This document shows positions 19,084 to 27,431 of a stretch of DNA of 64,000 nt, in pieces. The notes under the pieces are model-generated. The model worked only from the letters and a program-made list of their open reading frames with translations. It ran no database searches and was not told the origin of the DNA. How positions within the stretch are numbered: the stretch's first letter is position 1; each line of letters opens with the position of its first letter. The DNA is from Escherichia coli (lineage in GTDB: Bacteria > Pseudomonadota > Gammaproteobacteria > Enterobacterales > Enterobacteriaceae), in NCBI RefSeq assembly GCF_050920415.1, contig NZ_CP169309.1; one strand, written 5' to 3'. A program made the translations under genes and the position numbers.

Positions 19084-20555
19084 CAGATACAGCGTTATCT
19101 CCTGAAGAGCAGTTGATCGAGGATATTGCAGGGTTCACTCACGATCCGCTTGGCTATGCCCTCTATGCGTTCCCGTGGGGGGAAGAAGGGACTGAACTGG
19201 CACATGCTACCGGCCCACGTCAGTGGCAGGCTGATGCGTTCCGAGAGATACGTGATCACCTGCAGAATCCAGCGACGCGCTATCAGCCGCTTATGCTGGC
19301 ACGCGCTTCTGGTCACGGTATTGGTAAATCCGCATTCATCTCAATGCTGATCAACTGGGGCATGTCCACTTGCGAGGATTGTAAGGTCGTGGTGACCGCC
19401 AACACCGACAACCAGCTACGAACGAAGACCTGGCCGGAAATTATCAAGTGGTCGAACCTTGCTATCACGAAAGACTGGTTTACCTGTACCGCTACCGCGA
19501 TGTACAGCAATGATCCTGGGCACGACAAGCGGTGGCGAGCTGACGCAATCCCCTGGTCTGAGCACAACACTGAGGCATTCGCCGGACTACACAACGAGCG
19601 CAAACGCATCATCGTGGTATTCGATGAAGCGTCGAACATTGCGGATCTGGTGTGGGAAGTTGCTGAGGGTGCGCTTACGGACGAAGACACTGAGATTATC
19701 TGGGTGGCGTTCGGAAACCCTACACGTAACACCGGGCGTTTCCGCGAATGTTTCCGCAAATATAAACACCGCTGGAAAACTGCGCAGATTGACAGCCGGA
19801 CGGTGGAAGGCACTAACAAACAGCAGTTGCAGAAATGGGTTGATGACTACGGGGAAGACAGCGACTTCGTTAAAATCCGTGTGCGCGGCATATTCCCGGA
19901 TGCATCTGAATTGCAGTTTATCCCTACCGGACTTACTGACGAGGCAATGAAACGGGTGGTAACCGCTGCGCAGGTTGCACATGCTCCGGTGATAATCGGC
20001 GTTGACCCGGCATACTCCGGCGTTGATGACGCTGTGATATACCTGCGGCAGGGGCTGCATAGTAAGGTGCTGTGGACCGGCAACAAGACCACTGATGATC
20101 TGATTATGGCGAAGCGTATCGCTGACTTTGAAGACCAGTATCAGGCTGACGCGGTGTTCATCGACTTCGGTTACGGTACCGGGCTGAAGTCAATCGGTGA
20201 CGGTTGGGGGCGCACATGGCAACTTGTTCCGTTCGGTGGCGCGTCTACTGACCCGCAGATGCTCAACAAGCGTGGGGAGATGTTCAACTCATGCAAGACA
20301 TGGCTGAGGCTGGGCGGCATGCTGGATGACCAGGAAACAGCGGACGACCTGTCGGCGGCAGAGTACAAAGTTCGAGTGGACGGTAAAATCGTTATCGAAC
20401 CGAAGGAAGATATCAAGGAGCGGCTTGGGCGTTCGCCGGGTAAAGGCGATGCGCTACTGCTGACGTTTGCGTTCCCTGTGTCTAAGCGTCTGCGAATTCC
20501 CGGGCAGCAGAACCAGCAAGGCAAGGCCATTACAGATTACGATCCCTATGCTTAA
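19080..20555 (+). CDS. terminase large subunit
   Basis: 491 aa; ATPase then nuclease domain arrangement, position after terS. Confidence 0.8.
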   Translation: MTDTALSPEEQLIEDIAGFTHDPLGYALYAFPWGEEGTELAHATGPRQWQADAFREIRDHLQNPATRYQPLMLARASGHGIGKSAFISMLINWGMSTCEDCKVVVTANTDNQLRTKTWPEIIKWSNLAITKDWFTCTATAMYSNDPGHDKRWRADAIPWSEHNTEAFAGLHNERKRIIVVFDEASNIADLVWEVAEGALTDEDTEIIWVAFGNPTRNTGRFRECFRKYKHRWKTAQIDSRTVEGTNKQQLQKWVDDYGEDSDFVKIRVRGIFPDASELQFIPTGLTDEAMKRVVTAAQVAHAPVIIGVDPAYSGVDDAVIYLRQGLHSKVLWTGNKTTDDLIMAKRIADFEDQYQADAVFIDFGYGTGLKSIGDGWGRTWQLVPFGGASTDPQMLNKRGEMFNSCKTWLRLGGMLDDQETADDLSAAEYKVRVDGKIVIEPKEDIKERLGRSPGKGDALLLTFAFPVSKRLRIPGQQNQQGKAITDYDPYA

Positions 20556-20605
20556 TCCGTTAGCGGGGATAATGACGGAGATATCCTCTGGTGAGGATAA
20601 AACAA

Positions 20606-20629
20606 AGCCAGCTCATCGGCTGGCTGTTT
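20606..20629 (+). terminator. terminator after terminase
   Basis: agccagc-tcatcg-gctggct hairpin, short T-run. Confidence 0.5.
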
Positions 20630-20641
20630 GTGACATGTCAC
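20629..20641. repeat. palindrome TGTGACATGTCAC, copy 2
   Basis: Perfect 13-bp palindrome abutting terminator. Confidence 0.6.
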
Positions 20642-20645
20642 GGTG

Positions 20646-21017
20646 TTATTGCTCGCTTAACTTCTGCTTCAGCAAGTAACCTTCAAGCATCCAGATTTTG
20701 TTTACAGCATTCTGCCGGGCAATCTTCCGACCAATTTCCGCATCAAAGTTTTCCGGGCTTGCACAGGCGCTCTCTCCGGTGACGGTGAAGCCATTGCGCA
20801 GCACCAGAACGCAGAACGTCAGCAGAGAAAGTGATTCGTGCGGCTGGTAGTTTACCTCTCCGCCAGTATGTTTCGCTTTTATGGCTACGCCAAAGATACC
20901 ATCTTCTGCTGTGAAATATGCCTCCTGAGCAATAATACTCTCGATATGGTCTGGCGTAACGCGCGGCGCGGCTAAACCTTTAGCCTGAATTTCAGATTCA
21001 ATGTCTTTGTCACTCAT
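20646..21017 (-). CDS. hypothetical protein (opposite-strand moron between terminase and tRNA)
   Basis: 123 aa MSDKDIESEIQAKGLAAPRVTPDHI...; family not recognised. Confidence 0.5.
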   Translation of the reverse strand: MSDKDIESEIQAKGLAAPRVTPDHIESIIAQEAYFTAEDGIFGVAIKAKHTGGEVNYQPHESLSLLTFCVLVLRNGFTVTGESACASPENFDAEIGRKIARQNAVNKIWMLEGYLLKQKLSEQ

Positions 21018-21032
21018 AGTCTAATCTCACCT

Positions 21033-21060
21033 TAAAAAAATGCCCGGCGAACCGGGCGAA
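21033..21060 (-). terminator. terminator for tRNA transcript
   Basis: minus-strand cgcccgg-ttcg-ccgggc hairpin then TTTTTTT. Confidence 0.55.
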
Positions 21061-21220
21061 CTGGAAGCAATGAGTTATGCCTTCCGTGGCTGTACTGGTT
21101 TACAGCATGAAGCCATCGCAATGGCGTCCTGCTGTAAAAAGGGCGGTGATAGTCCTTCAAGGGAAACCATCACCGCCAAGCCCCTGGAACTTCTGGCATC
21201 ACGGTCCTTAGGCGTGATTC

Positions 21221-21297
21221 TGGCGTGGCATGCAGGATTCGAACCTGCGACCGACCGCTTAGAAGGCGGTTGCTCTGTCCAACTGAGCTAATGCCAC
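21221..21297 (-). tRNA. tRNA-Arg (anticodon UCU)
   Basis: Minus-strand cloverleaf: acceptor GTGGCAT/ATGCCAC, anticodon loop CUUCUAA, T-arm GGTTCGAATCC, 3' CCA. Confidence 0.85.
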
Positions 21298-21619
21298 AAC
21301 GCTGAGAGCACTTAGCCTGTTAAGGCGCCACACTTTGTCGCGGCTCCATAAATGCTCTCATCGTTGCACCCTCGTCTCTTCCGAGGCGTCACACCGAATC
21401 GCCGGGATGGTGAATCCCCGTGCGCGGAATAAAACCGCTCGACTTGCACATTCCGGCTACCTGGTTCGTTTGCCCGAGCAAGGGAGGGTGCCCATTAAAC
21501 GTATCCAGACCGCTATCGGCGCATGTGCCATACGCCGTACTGCTCAAAATAAAATCTCACTCCACCTGTTCAATTTAACGACAAGCCAGTCAGGTTAATA
21601 ACAGGAATGCACTCTCTGC

Positions 21620-21634
21620 TTACCTGAAAGGTAA
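21620..21634. promoter_or_regulatory. operator-like palindrome TTACC TGAAA GGTAA ahead of virion operon
   Basis: ~90 bp upstream of ORF 21725. Confidence 0.5.
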
Positions 21635-21724
21635 TAATTCGTGCGTTAAATGTCAACTGTCTACGATAAATAAATCATATGTGGTTAAATTGGTAATAAT
21701 TTAATTGCGTACGGAGTCATTGAT

Positions 21725-21931
21725 ATGTGCATGGGTAGCTCACCATCAGTGCCTGCAACACCAGAAGTTCAGGCAGCACCACAGGAGCAGGATGCCGCCG
21801 TTGTTGATGCCCGCGACGAAGAAACACGTCGCCGTCGCGCTGCTGCTGGTCGTAGTTCTACGCTGCTTACCGGTTCTCAGGGTGACACATCAACCGCTAA
21901 TACCAGCGGTAAAACGCTGCTTGGTCAGTAA
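21725..21931 (+). CDS. small protein preceding portal
   Basis: 68 aa; GGAG RBS with same ccggagtcattga leader as portal. Confidence 0.4.
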   Translation: MCMGSSPSVPATPEVQAAPQEQDAAVVDARDEETRRRRAAAGRSSTLLTGSQGDTSTANTSGKTLLGQ

Positions 21932-21945
21932 CCGGAGTCATTGAA

Positions 21946-23625
21946 ATGGCGGAAACAACTAAAGAGCGATTGAACAAACAGTTCGCACAACTTGAAAGCG
22001 AGCGTCAGTCGTTCGAGCCGCACTGGCGCGAGTTGAGTGATTACATCAACCCGCGTGGTTCCCGCTTTCTGACTTCTGAGGTCAACCGTAACGATCGACG
22101 CAATACACGCATTATTGATTCGACCGGGACTATGGCGGCGCGCACTCTCGCCAGCGGCATGATGTCAGGCATCACAAGCCCCGCGCGTCCGTGGTTTCGC
22201 CTGGCTACGCCAGATCCTGAAATGATGGATTATGGCCCTGTTAAGTTGTGGCTTGAGGCGGTGCAGAACCGCATGAACGATATGTTCAATAAGTCGAATC
22301 TCTATCAGTCGCTGCCGCAGTTATACGGAAGCCTCGGCACATACAGCACTGGTGCAATGGCGGTACTGGAGGATGACGATGACATCATTCGCACAATGCC
22401 ATTCCCGATAGGCAGTTACTACCTGGCTAACTCACCTCGTGGCAGTGTGGACACCTGTTTTCGCAAGTTCTCTATGACTGTTCGTCAGCTTGTTCAGGAG
22501 TTCGGGCTAAATAACGTCAGCGAATCCGTAAAAAGCATGTGGGAAAGCGGCACCTACGAGAAGTGGATTGAAGTGATGCATTCGGTTTACCCGAACATTG
22601 ACCGCGATACATCGAAGCTGGATAGCAAGAACAAGCCATTCAAATCGGTTTATTACGAGGTTGGCGGTGATAACGACAAGTTGTTGCGTGAGTCAGGATT
22701 CGATGAGTTTCCAATTATGGCTCCGCGCTGGGAAGTTAACGGCGAAGATGTTTATGGATCATCATGCCCGGGTATGCTGGCGCTTGGACCTGTTAAGGCA
22801 TTGCAGCTTCTCCAGAAGCGCAAGTCGCAGTTGATTGATAAAGCCACCAATCCGCCGATGATTGCTCCGACTTCCCTCAAGAATCAGCGCGCCTCCCTTC
22901 TTCCTGGCGACATCACGTATATCGATCAGATTACTGGTCAGGATGGTTTCAGGCCTGCTTATCTGGTTAACCCCAGTACAGCAGATCTGGTGGCAGACAT
23001 TCAGGACACTCGTCAAATCATTAACAGTGCCTACTTTGTCGATCTGTTCATGATGTTGCAGAACATCAATACCCGTTCGATGCCTGTTGAAGCGGTGATC
23101 GAAATGAAAGAAGAAAAACTTCTGATGTTGGGGCCGGTTCTGGAGCGTCTGAACGACGAATGTCTTAATCCTCTCATTGACCGCGCTTTCTCGATGATGG
23201 TGCGTAAAAACATGCTGCCGCCCCCGCCTGACGCGATGGAAGGTATGCCCCTGAAGGTCGAATACATTTCCGTCATGGCTCAGGCGCAGAAGTCTATCGG
23301 CCTGTCCAGTCTGGCGTCTACGGTCAACTTCATTGGTCAACTTGCGCAAGCGAAACCAGAAGCTCTCGACAAACTCAACGTTGATCAGGCAATCGATGCA
23401 TTCGCTGATATGTCCGGAGTGTCTCCAACCGTCATTGTTCCGCAGGAACAGGTTGAGCAGGCTCGCCAGCAACGGGCACAGCAACAACAGCAGCAACAAA
23501 TGATGGAGATGGGGATGGCGGCGGCACAGGGTGCCAAGACGCTAAGCGAAGCTAAAACTTCGGATCCGAGTGTTTTGTCAGCTATGGCGAATGCAGTTAG
23601 TGGTCAGGGTGGGCAATCACAATGA
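21946..23625 (+). CDS. portal (head-to-tail connector), T7 gp8-like
   Basis: 559 aa; C-terminal QQQ...MEMGMAAAQG tail resembles T7 gp8. Confidence 0.75.
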   Translation: MAETTKERLNKQFAQLESERQSFEPHWRELSDYINPRGSRFLTSEVNRNDRRNTRIIDSTGTMAARTLASGMMSGITSPARPWFRLATPDPEMMDYGPVKLWLEAVQNRMNDMFNKSNLYQSLPQLYGSLGTYSTGAMAVLEDDDDIIRTMPFPIGSYYLANSPRGSVDTCFRKFSMTVRQLVQEFGLNNVSESVKSMWESGTYEKWIEVMHSVYPNIDRDTSKLDSKNKPFKSVYYEVGGDNDKLLRESGFDEFPIMAPRWEVNGEDVYGSSCPGMLALGPVKALQLLQKRKSQLIDKATNPPMIAPTSLKNQRASLLPGDITYIDQITGQDGFRPAYLVNPSTADLVADIQDTRQIINSAYFVDLFMMLQNINTRSMPVEAVIEMKEEKLLMLGPVLERLNDECLNPLIDRAFSMMVRKNMLPPPPDAMEGMPLKVEYISVMAQAQKSIGLSSLASTVNFIGQLAQAKPEALDKLNVDQAIDAFADMSGVSPTVIVPQEQVEQARQQRAQQQQQQQMMEMGMAAAQGAKTLSEAKTSDPSVLSAMANAVSGQGGQSQ

Positions 23626-23918
23626 CAGATTACGAAGACGATCAACTGAAAGAAGAAAACGCCCGTAAGCAACGTGACATGGCACAACGTGAAATTGATG
23701 ACATTCGCTTTGTCATGAGCAGTGAACAGGGGCGTCGCGTTGTCTGGTCTGTGCTGGAGAAAGGCCGGGTGTTTTCCGCTATCTCTCCGATGGATGCTAT
23801 GGCAATGGCATTTAATGAGGGGCAACGCAATCTGGCGCTGGAACTGTTTCAGCGCGTTATGGCGCATTGCCCTGAACAGTATTTGAAGATGGCCAAAGAG
23901 GCCAGTGAACAGGAGTGA
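23622..23918 (+). CDS. hypothetical protein
   Basis: 98 aa, overlaps portal stop by 4 bp. Confidence 0.45.
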   Translation: MTDYEDDQLKEENARKQRDMAQREIDDIRFVMSSEQGRRVVWSVLEKGRVFSAISPMDAMAMAFNEGQRNLALELFQRVMAHCPEQYLKMAKEASEQE

Positions 23919-23920
23919 TC

Positions 23921-24616
23921 ATGAATTTATTTGAGCGTTTGCTGTATCGCCGTCTTTGCAATGAGCAACCAGTCGATGGTGGAGCAGCTCCGGCTGCGTC
24001 AGAACCGTCAGCGCCTGCAGGTGATAACCCTGCTCCAGTTGGTGATCCATCACAATCGGAAGGTGATAAGCCACAACCTGTTGCTGATGGCGATAAACCT
24101 GCTGATGACAAAAAGCCTGAAAACGATAAGCAGGATGAAAAAAAGGACGGCGATAAACCAGAGGGTGCGCCTGAGAAGTACGAGTTTCAGGCTGCCGAAG
24201 GCGTAGAGCTGGATACAGAAGCGTTGAAGGAATTCGAGCCGGTGGCGCGAGAACTTAACCTGACCAACGAGCAAGCGCAAAAGCTGGTTGATGCTTATCC
24301 GAAGATTCTGGCAGGTGTGCAGCAGCGCCAGGCAGAAGCCTGGCAGAAAACAACCGAGCAGTGGGCTGCTGATGTAAAAGCTGACAAAGAAATCGGTGGC
24401 GACAAGTTGATTTCTAACCTTAGCGCCGCACAGCGTGCGCTTGACCAGTTCGGGACACCTGAACTCAAAGAATATCTGAACACCACCGGGCTGGGTAATC
24501 ACCCTGATCTGGTCAAAACGTTCGTGAAAATCGGAAAGGCGATGTCTGAAGATGGCATGGTCACCGGTGGTAATGAAGGCCAGCGTAGTGCGGCCGAAGT
24601 GCTCTATGGCAAATAA
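23921..24616 (+). CDS. scaffolding protein
   Basis: Highly acidic, low complexity, between portal and capsid; AGGAG RBS. Confidence 0.6.
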   Translation: MNLFERLLYRRLCNEQPVDGGAAPAASEPSAPAGDNPAPVGDPSQSEGDKPQPVADGDKPADDKKPENDKQDEKKDGDKPEGAPEKYEFQAAEGVELDTEALKEFEPVARELNLTNEQAQKLVDAYPKILAGVQQRQAEAWQKTTEQWAADVKADKEIGGDKLISNLSAAQRALDQFGTPELKEYLNTTGLGNHPDLVKTFVKIGKAMSEDGMVTGGNEGQRSAAEVLYGK

Positions 24617-24630
24617 GAGAGGAAATGACA

Positions 24631-25617
24631 ATGGCTGTTAAAGGCTTAACTGCGCTAACGCTGGCTGACTGGGGTAAGCGCGTCGATCCAAACGGGAAAG
24701 TCGATAAGATTATCGAGCTTCTCGGTCAAACTAACCCGATCCTTCAGGATATGCCTTTTGTCGAAGGGAACCTTCCTACCGGACACCGAACCACCATTCG
24801 TTCTGGTTTACCTTCAGCTACCTGGCGTTTGCTGAACTATGGCGTACAGCCAAGCAAATCAACCACAGTGCAGGTAACCGATTCCGTTGGCATGCTGGAA
24901 ACCTATGCTGAAGTCGATAAGTCACTGGCTGATCTGAACGGCAATACCGCCGAATTCCGCCTGTCTGAAGACCGCGCATTTATTGAAGCGATGAATCAGC
25001 AGATGGCGCAGACGCTGTTTTATGGTGATTCCAGCGTTAACCCTCAGCAGTTTATGGGACTGTCCTCCCGCTATTCCAGCCTGTCTGCGGGTAATGCTCA
25101 GAACATCATTGATGCTGGTGGCACGGGTACAGATAACACCTCAATCTGGTTAGTGGTGTGGGGCGAAAACACCGTGCATGGCATCTTCCCGAAAGGGCAG
25201 AAGGCTGGCATCCAGATGGAAGATAAAGGCCAGGTGACACTGGAAGATGCTAATGGCGGCAAGTACGAAGGCTATCGCACCCATTATAAATGGGATAACG
25301 GACTTGCTCTGCGTGACTGGCGTTATGTTGTTCGCATTGCAAACATCGATGTCAGCAATCTTTCAGAACCTTCCTCTGCCGCAAATATTGCGAAGTTGAT
25401 GGTTAAAGCACTGCATCGCATTCCAAACCGTGGCATGGGCCGCCCGGTGTTCTACATGAACCGCACTGTAGGCCAGGCTCTTGATCTGCAATCTCTGGAG
25501 AAAACATCTCTGGCGATCAGCGTAAAAGAGACAGAAGGCGAGTGGTGGACTTCATTCCGTGGTGTACCAATCCGTGAAACTGATGCGCTTCTGGAAACAG
25601 AAGCCCGCGTGGTGTAA
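24631..25617 (+). CDS. major capsid protein
   Basis: ~330 aa, position after scaffold; start 24625 or 24631. Confidence 0.75.
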   Translation: MAVKGLTALTLADWGKRVDPNGKVDKIIELLGQTNPILQDMPFVEGNLPTGHRTTIRSGLPSATWRLLNYGVQPSKSTTVQVTDSVGMLETYAEVDKSLADLNGNTAEFRLSEDRAFIEAMNQQMAQTLFYGDSSVNPQQFMGLSSRYSSLSAGNAQNIIDAGGTGTDNTSIWLVVWGENTVHGIFPKGQKAGIQMEDKGQVTLEDANGGKYEGYRTHYKWDNGLALRDWRYVVRIANIDVSNLSEPSSAANIAKLMVKALHRIPNRGMGRPVFYMNRTVGQALDLQSLEKTSLAISVKETEGEWWTSFRGVPIRETDALLETEARVV

Positions 25618-25633
25618 CGCCTGTTATTAACCT

Positions 25634-25653
25634 GTGGGTCGTAACAGACCCAC
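25634..25653 (+). terminator. stable hairpin after capsid gene (no T-tract)
   Basis: gtgggtc-gtaaca-gacccac; position analogous to T7 T-phi. Confidence 0.35.
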
Positions 25654-25668
25654 TAATGGAGAAAGAAG

Positions 25669-26106
25669 ATGATCACCGACAAACTGTTGATGTTCTCCGA
25701 AGCTCAGGCGGTTACGAATACCGCGGCTTCTACTGACGTAATCGATCTCGGTCCAATTGACGGAAAACGTCGTGATATCGGCGTGGGTTACCCGCTTGAG
25801 TTTTGGGCGCTGGTTAACACAGCCGCCGCGGCAAGCGGTGATGCAACTGTAAACATCCAGTTGCAGACGAGTGAGAATAACAGCTCATGGACCACTATTT
25901 ATGATAGTGGCGCACTGGCAAAGACCGCCCTGACAGCAGGTAAACGAGTTGTTTCTGCAAAGGTGCCTGCCGGTGTTCAGCGATATCTGCGTGTTAACTA
26001 CTCCGTCGCAACTGGCCCACTAACGGCTGGCGAATTCACTGCTGGTATCAGTCTTGATGTTGATGCCAATACGCCGTATCCGATCCGCTCAAAAGTAACT
26101 GGTTAA
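25669..26106 (+). CDS. hypothetical virion protein (decoration-like)
   Basis: 145 aa, Gly/Ala/Thr-rich, in capsid gene block. Confidence 0.45.
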   Translation: MITDKLLMFSEAQAVTNTAASTDVIDLGPIDGKRRDIGVGYPLEFWALVNTAAAASGDATVNIQLQTSENNSSWTTIYDSGALAKTALTAGKRVVSAKVPAGVQRYLRVNYSVATGPLTAGEFTAGISLDVDANTPYPIRSKVTG

Positions 26107-26107
26107 G

Positions 26108-26452
26108 GTGATATCGATGTCAGGTGAGAAACCAAGATACCGCGTTATGCGCCTCTCTCATATCCATAACACTCTGTGGCCGGAGGGGGCAGAAATCGAA
26201 TACGAAGGTGAGCCTGGTAGCGCACTGGAACCTGTTAACGATGCAGCCAGACAGGCAAAAGCAAAGGTAGCAGGAAAGGTGACTATGGCAGCAACCAGCA
26301 CCAAAATCATCAACGATGTGTCAGATGATGGTGAACTGGATAAGCTCCGTGAAGAGTACGAATTGCTCTTTAACGAGGAGCCACACCATAACGCCAAAGC
26401 CGAAACGCTCCGCGAGAAGATCGCAGATAAGCGTAAAGAACTGGGCGTGTAA
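26108..26452 (+). CDS. hypothetical protein
   Basis: 114 aa in structural block. Confidence 0.4.
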   Translation: MISMSGEKPRYRVMRLSHIHNTLWPEGAEIEYEGEPGSALEPVNDAARQAKAKVAGKVTMAATSTKIINDVSDDGELDKLREEYELLFNEEPHHNAKAETLREKIADKRKELGV

Positions 26453-26502
26453 GCCTCGCGAATCAGACAAGGGGCTTCGGCCCCTTTATTGCAGGAGTGT
26501 AT

Positions 26503-26826
26503 ATGGAACTCGTAAACCTCAAAACCGGCACTGACAGCTACCAGGATGAGAGCGGAGAAACCAGAACTCGCGATGAATACCCGTGGGGGCTGTGCATCAC
26601 TCTTAATAACGACACATTGAATAAGCTGAAGGCACAACCTCAGGGCGTCGGAACAGAAGTGATGATAACTGCAAAGGCTGTTATTCGAGGCCTGTCTGCC
26701 AGAGAAACTGACGATGGTGTTAATCGCAGCGCCGATCTGCAGATCACTGATATGGCGATCGCTCCTGTTTCCAGGGATGTAGAAAAATCAGCGGCTGAAA
26801 CCCTGTACGGCAATGGGGGTGAGTAA
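26503..26826 (+). CDS. hypothetical protein
   Basis: ~107 aa; stop overlaps next start. Confidence 0.4.
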   Translation: MELVNLKTGTDSYQDESGETRTRDEYPWGLCITLNNDTLNKLKAQPQGVGTEVMITAKAVIRGLSARETDDGVNRSADLQITDMAIAPVSRDVEKSAAETLYGNGGE

Positions 26827-27431
26827 TGGCCTCTGTAGTAGAGATCTGCAATCGTGCGCTGTCCAATATTGGCAATAGCCGCAGCATTAACAGCCTGACG
26901 GAAGCCAGTAAGGAAGCGGGGGAATGTTCGCTGCACTTTGAGGCCTGCCGTGATGCTGTGCTTTCTGATTTTGACTGGAACTTTGCTACCAAACGCGTGG
27001 CGCTTGCAGATACGAGCAATCCACCGCCTGACTGGGAATATGCGTATCAGTACCCGTCAGATTGTCTGCGCATTACTGAAATTATGCTTCCTGGTGTACG
27101 CAATCCAACAGCAGCAATGCGCGTTCAGTACGAAGTTGGTGCAGACACCGACGGAACAGGAAAGTTGATCTACACAGACCAGCCGCAGGCATGGCTCAAG
27201 TATGTCTCTCGCGTTTCAGATGTGAACATGTTTGATGCCATTTTTATGGAGGCGTTGGCCTGGCGTCTTGCGGCAGCCATTAACATGGCGCTGACTGGGA
27301 ATGCGGATCTCGGTACATTTGCTCTCAATATGTACAATCGCGTGATTCTTAGTGCTGGCTCGCATAGCCAGAATGAATCACAGGAACCACAGCCACCGGT
27401 TGACGAGTTTACCATTGCGAGGTTGTCCTGA
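26826..27431 (+). CDS. tail tubular protein A (T7 gp11-like)
   Basis: 201 aa, size and N-terminal pattern like gp11; precedes gp12-like gene. Confidence 0.55.
   Translation: MASVVEICNRALSNIGNSRSINSLTEASKEAGECSLHFEACRDAVLSDFDWNFATKRVALADTSNPPPDWEYAYQYPSDCLRITEIMLPGVRNPTAAMRVQYEVGADTDGTGKLIYTDQPQAWLKYVSRVSDVNMFDAIFMEALAWRLAAAINMALTGNADLGTFALNMYNRVILSAGSHSQNESQEPQPPVDEFTIARLS

Noticed and set aside
21040-21598. ORFs 21040-21291 and 21335-21598 overlapping the tRNA and its flanks
   Set aside because: They overlap a canonical tRNA and strongly structured RNA-like sequence and encode Arg/Ser-rich low-complexity peptides, so non-coding is more likely.
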